From Thioalkalivibrio sp. (GTDB lineage: Bacteria > Pseudomonadota > Gammaproteobacteria > SpSt-1174), in the NCBI GenBank assembly GCA_011046015.1, contig DSBO01000164.1:1-40478 (forward strand): 40,478 nucleotides of DNA, written 5' to 3'. The translations under genes were made by a program, and so were the position numbers. This document shows, piece after piece, positions 37,553 through 40,478 of this stretch (its first letter is position 1; every line of letters begins with the position of its first letter). Under the pieces are notes generated by a model that was not told the DNA's origin, searched no databases, and was given only the letters and a program-made list of their open reading frames with translations.

Positions 37553-39345
37553 ATGCCGATTCGACAGCTCCCCCCGCAACTCATCAACCAGATCGCCGCC
37601 GGCGAGGTGGTCGAGCGCCCGGCCTCCGTGTCAAGGAACTGCTCGAGAACAGCCTGGACGCCGGTGCCACGCGCATCGTCATCGACGTGGACCAGGGCGG
37701 CGTCAAGCGCATCCGCGTCCGCGACGATGGCGTCGGCATCCCCCGTGAGGAGCTGTCTCTCGCGCTCAGCCGCCACGCCACCAGCAAGATCGGCAGCCTC
37801 GACGACCTGGAGCGGGTACGCAGTCTCGGCTTTCGCGGCGAGGCGCTGCCGAGCATCGCGTCGGTCTCGCGCCTGACGCTCACCTCGCGCACGGCGGATG
37901 CGGCCAGCGGCTATCGGCTGGCCAGCGACGGGGCCGAGGTCTTCGGCGAGCCCGAGCCCGCCGCTCACCCGCAGGGCACCACCATCGAGGTGGCGGATCT
38001 CTTCTTCAATGTGCCCGCGCGGCGCAAGTTCCTGCGCAAGGAGGCCACCGAGTACGGGCACCTGGAGCAGGTGGTCAGGCGCATCGCGCTCAGCCGTTTC
38101 GACATCGGCATCGAGCTCAGGCACAACGGCCGTTCCGCGTTCGCGCTGCGTCCGGCCCCGACGCGCGAGCAGCAGGAGCGGCGTATCGGCGAGGTCTGCG
38201 GCCCGGTCTTCATCGAGAACGCGGTGCACGTCGATTACGTCTCCGGCGACCTGCGCATCCGCGGCTGGATGGGACTGCCCACCTTCTCGCGCAGCCAGGC
38301 GGACCTGCAGTACTTCTACGTCAACGGCCGCATGGCGCGTGACAAGGTCATCACCCACGCGATACGCCAGGCCTACCAGGACGTGCTCTATCACGGCCGC
38401 CAGCCGGCGTTCGTGCTGTTCTTCGAGCTGGACCCGGCGCTGGTGGACGTCAATGCCCATCCGACCAAGCACGAGGTGCGTTTCCGCGAGCAGCGCCTGG
38501 TACACGATTTCCTCTACCGCACCCTGCATCAGGCCCTGGCCGACATCCGTCCGGCGGCGGGGGAGGAGCCGGGCTACCCGGCGCTCGGGTTCGATCCGGC
38601 CGCGGCCGGCGAAGGCGGGGGTGCCGTGCCGGCGGCCCCGTCGGCGTGGGCGCCGCCGCGCCAGGGCGTCATGCCGATGGCGGCGATGGAGCAGGTGGCG
38701 GCCTACGGGGCCCTGCACCAGGCCGGCGCCGTGCCGTCGCCGGCCGCCGCCGGCGACGAGCTGCCGCCGCTCGGCTACGCCCTGGCCCAGCTGCACGGCA
38801 TCTACGTGCTGGCACAGAACGCTCATGGCCTGGTGCTGGTGGACATGCATGCCGCCCACGAGCGCATCACCTACGAACACCTGAAGACCGCCTGGGACAG
38901 CCAGCAGGTCACCTCGCAGCCGCTGCTGGTCCCGCTCACGGTGGCCGTCAGCCGACGCGAGGCCGATGCCGCCGAGGCGCAGACCGAGACCTTCCGTGCC
39001 CTGGGCTTCGAGGTCGGGCGCATGGGTCCGGAATCGCTGGTGATCCGCGCGGTGCCGGCCCTGCTGCGCCATGCTGACGTCGAGGCCCTGCTGCGCGACG
39101 TGCTGGCCGACCTCCTGGAGCACGGCCAGAGCGCGCGGGTACAGCAGTCCATCAACGAGCTGCTCGGGACCATGGCCTGTCACGGCTCGGTGCGCGCCAA
39201 CCGGCGCCTGACCGTCCCGGAGATGAATGCCCTGCTGCGCGATATGGAGCGCACCGAGCGCAGCGGCCAGTGCAATCACGGGCGGCCCACCTGGGTGCAG
39301 CTCAGCATCGACCAGCTCGACCGCCTGTTCATGCGTGGGCAGTAG
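37553..39345 (+). pseudogene. mutL: DNA mismatch repair protein MutL, interrupted by an apparent 1-nt deletion (frameshift) at about 37630
   Basis: ATG 37553 encodes [26 protein letters not shown] in one frame. The continuation [24 protein letters not shown]...[14 protein letters not shown]...[11 protein letters not shown] is in the frame of ORF 37480..39345. The junction reads GTGTCAAGG where GTGGTCAAGG is expected. Confidence 0.85.
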
Positions 39346-39348
39346 GGC

Positions 39349-40314
39349 ATGGTCGCGACGAGCGGGCAGGGGGCGGAGGTGCCCCCGTGCATCTTCCTCA
39401 TGGGGCCGACCGCCTCGGGCAAGACGGACCTCGCCGTGGCGCTGGTCGAGGCCCTGCCCTGCGAGATCATCAGCGTCGACTCGGCGCTGGTGTACCGCGG
39501 CATGGACATTGGCACGGCCAAGCCCGATGCGGCCACCCTGGCGCGCGCCCCGCATCGCCTCATCGACTTTCTCGATCCGGCCGAGAGTTATTCTGCCGCC
39601 CGCTTTCGCGCCGATGCCCTGCGCGAGATCCGCGACATCCACGCCGCCGGCCGTGTGCCGCTGCTGGTGGGTGGCACCATGCTCTATTTCCGCGCCCTGC
39701 AGTACGGGCTCTCCGAGCTGCCGGCGGCCGACCCGGCGGTGCGTGCCCGCCTCGATGCCTGGGCCGCGCGGGAGGGCTGGGCGGCCCTGCACGCGCGCCT
39801 GGCCGAAGTGGACCCGGTCTCGGCCGCGCGTATCCACCCCAACGACCCGCAGCGCCTGCAGCGCGCGCTGGAGGTCTTCGAGGTCACGGGGCGGCCGCTG
39901 TCGGCCTTTCATGCCCGCGGCCGGGCGGGGGATTTCGACTGCCGCCTGCTCAAGTTCGGTCTGCTGCCGCGCGACCGGGCCCTGCTGCATGCGCGCATTG
40001 CGGCGCGCTTCGAGCAGATGCTGGCGGCGGGGCTAATGGACGAGGTACGCGGCCTGCGCGCGCGCGGTGACCTGGATATCGGCATGCCTTCGATGCGTTC
40101 GGTGGGGTACCGCCAGGTCTGGGAGCATCTCGAGGGGAACTATGATTACGCCACCATGGTCCGAAAGGGCATCGCGGCCACCCGCCAGCTTGCCAAGCGT
40201 CAGCTCACCTGGCTGCGTTCCGAGTGCGACGTCGAGCCGCTGACCATCGAGTCCCTGGATCCACGCGCGGTGATCGACCGGGTAGCCGCCTTCCTCGACG
40301 CCGGAGGAAAATGA
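39349..40314 (+). CDS. miaA: tRNA dimethylallyltransferase
   Basis: [41 protein letters not shown]. 321 aa. Confidence 0.95.
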   Translation: MVATSGQGAEVPPCIFLMGPTASGKTDLAVALVEALPCEIISVDSALVYRGMDIGTAKPDAATLARAPHRLIDFLDPAESYSAARFRADALREIRDIHAAGRVPLLVGGTMLYFRALQYGLSELPAADPAVRARLDAWAAREGWAALHARLAEVDPVSAARIHPNDPQRLQRALEVFEVTGRPLSAFHARGRAGDFDCRLLKFGLLPRDRALLHARIAARFEQMLAAGLMDEVRGLRARGDLDIGMPSMRSVGYRQVWEHLEGNYDYATMVRKGIAATRQLAKRQLTWLRSECDVEPLTIESLDPRAVIDRVAAFLDAGGK

Positions 40315-40322
40315 GACCCGTG

Positions 40323-40331
40323 TGCTACAAT
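40323..40331 (+). promoter_or_regulatory. Extended -10 element TGCTACAAT upstream of hfq
   Basis: Read directly just after the miaA stop. hfq promoters close to or inside miaA are known in E. coli. Confidence 0.35.
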
Positions 40332-40432
40332 GCGGAAAATAAATCGGTTTTTCTCATGAACTGCAGTAAGCTACGGCCATCGGCCACCATGCGCCCGCTC
40401 ACCTTATAAAACCAAGACAGGAGCCACAGGCA

Positions 40433-40478
40433 ATGTCAAAAGGGCAGACCTTACAAGAACCCTTCCTGAACACGCTGC
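40433..40478 (+). CDS. hfq: RNA chaperone Hfq, first 15 codons only (runs off the right edge)
   Basis: MSKGQTLQEPFLNTL matches the conserved Hfq N-terminus. SD AGGAG lies upstream. Follows miaA. Confidence 0.9.
   Translation, partial: MSKGQTLQEPFLNTL

Noticed and set aside
37620-37640. Programmed -1 ribosomal frameshift as the explanation for the mutL frame switch
   Set aside because: The junction (TCC GTG TCA) contains no slippery X XXY YYZ heptamer, I see no obvious downstream stimulatory structure, and no precedent is known for mutL. A 1-nt deletion or sequencing error is the simpler explanation.
37519-39990. 823-aa ORF on the minus strand spanning mutL and miaA. Similar long minus- or plus-strand ORFs occur opposite known genes at 7842..9245, 9220..10635, 11233..13488, 16086..17528, 18280..19662, 21595..23070, 28614..30218, 31091..32710 and 36022..37368.
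   Set aside because: All lie antisense to genes with unmistakable conserved motifs. Their translations are Arg/Gly/Pro/His/Ala-rich with no motifs. They are the stop-codon-poor shadow frames expected in high-GC DNA.

Overview
About 40.5 kb of visibly high-GC chromosome, with very high third-position GC in real genes. Gene content and order point to a gammaproteobacterium. The window is almost entirely core housekeeping DNA in three conserved synteny blocks: (i) radA / yfjD-ypjD-like genes / ffh-rpsP-rimM-trmD-rplS; (ii) hslR-pcnB-folK-(dNK)-panB-panC-panD; (iii) queG divergent from nnr-tsaE-amidase-mutL-miaA-hfq. Other content is a TatT-associated TRAP transporter operon at the left edge, a central-carbon block (ppc, glgA, gnd-zwf-pgi), and a few poorly characterised genes: a secreted helical-repeat protein, two Sel1-repeat proteins, a KdtA-like protein, a lipoprotein, YcgN and a renalase-like oxidoreductase. 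I found no rRNA, tRNA, CRISPR array, IS/transposase, integrase, phage gene or recognisable defence or toxin system, and no convincing novel multi-gene system. The observations most worth a second look are: (1) mutL is split by a single-base deletion that the long 621-aa ORF hides; (2) a pair of inverted arrays of degenerate heptamers (18-bp perfect inverted core) between pgi and queG, which also encodes the atypical C-terminal tail of QueG; (3) a roughly 460-bp GC-rich stretch after panD with no credible ORF, lying at the edge of a block that separates panD from pgi; (4) the TatT-type TRAP operon of unknown substrate. The many 400-900-aa ORFs antisense to real genes are high-GC shadow ORFs. 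Promoter and terminator calls come from reading the sequence by eye and are low confidence.
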